A program made the position numbers and the translations under genes. Under the pieces are notes generated by a model. That model did not search any database and was not told the DNA's origin. It worked only from the letters and a program-made list of their open reading frames with translations. A stretch of DNA of 64,000 nt from contig JASLXV010000080.1 in the NCBI GenBank assembly GCA_030740155.1, positions 45,457-109,456 of the forward strand, written 5' to 3'. The stretch's first letter is position 1, and each line of letters opens with the position of its first letter. Source of the DNA: Dehalococcoidia bacterium (GTDB lineage: Bacteria; Chloroflexota; Dehalococcoidia; Lucifugimonadales; UBA3495). This document shows positions 63,711 through 64,000 of this stretch, piece after piece.

Positions 63711-63792
63711 GGCACCCCCCCCTCCCCTTGCTTTTGCAACATCTCCCCTCCCGCGCTATACTGCGCCTTAACTCAAAGCAAGGAGGATACCT

Positions 63793-64000
63793 ATGGCAAC
63801 AAAGGGCCGGCTCCTCTCCACTGCAAGACTGAACCGCCTTCACGCTCAAGGCTATTTCGACATCTCAGATGCAGACCTTTCCGACCTCGCCTTCGGGAAT
63901 AGGTTCGCCTATATCCTTTGTGTCACGATCACGGCTATCGGCGTGGCTACAGCCAATATCCCCACTCTTCTAGTGATGACCGCAATTGCGTTTTTGGGAG
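63793..64000 (+). CDS. Membrane protein, DUF4395-like (runs off the window)
   Basis: AGGAGG RBS; MATKGRLLSTARLNRLHAQGY..RFAYILC, then hydrophobic helices. Confidence 0.6.
   Translation, partial: MATKGRLLSTARLNRLHAQGYFDISDADLSDLAFGNRFAYILCVTITAIGVATANIPTLLVMTAIAFLG

Overview
GC-rich bacterial chromosome segment. Protein style and gene content suggest Chloroflexota, probably Dehalococcoidia/SAR202-like (inference). Core genes are secA, a DAHP synthase, pyrD, rpoC/rpoB, a 2-oxoacid dehydrogenase E1a/E1b/E2 operon with lipB, dnaA, thiI and mutS. Accessory genes include amidohydrolases, DUF1800-DUF1501-NHL, MmgE/PrpD with two class III CoA-transferases, MFS and MaoC genes, and a NuoE/NuoF/FdhA-like redox operon with FNR. 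Several elements are invisible in the ORF track: (1) a Phe/Tyr/Trp leader-peptide attenuator upstream of the DAHP synthase; (2) a UGA-recoded UGSC-motif selenoprotein with a SECIS-like hairpin; (3) two DnaA-box arrays with 20-21-bp periodicity; (4) a GxxExxY nuclease-family gene with inverted repeats inserted inside the redox operon; (5) an FdhA-like subunit lacking the Mo ligand, behind a candidate Rex operator; (6) a PAP2 phosphatase/kinase-like fusion; (7) decayed ArlH/FlaH-like and hicBA remnants, plus several REP-like palindrome families. No rRNA, tRNA or CRISPR array was recognised. All calls come from reading the sequence and from motif recall; no database search was run.
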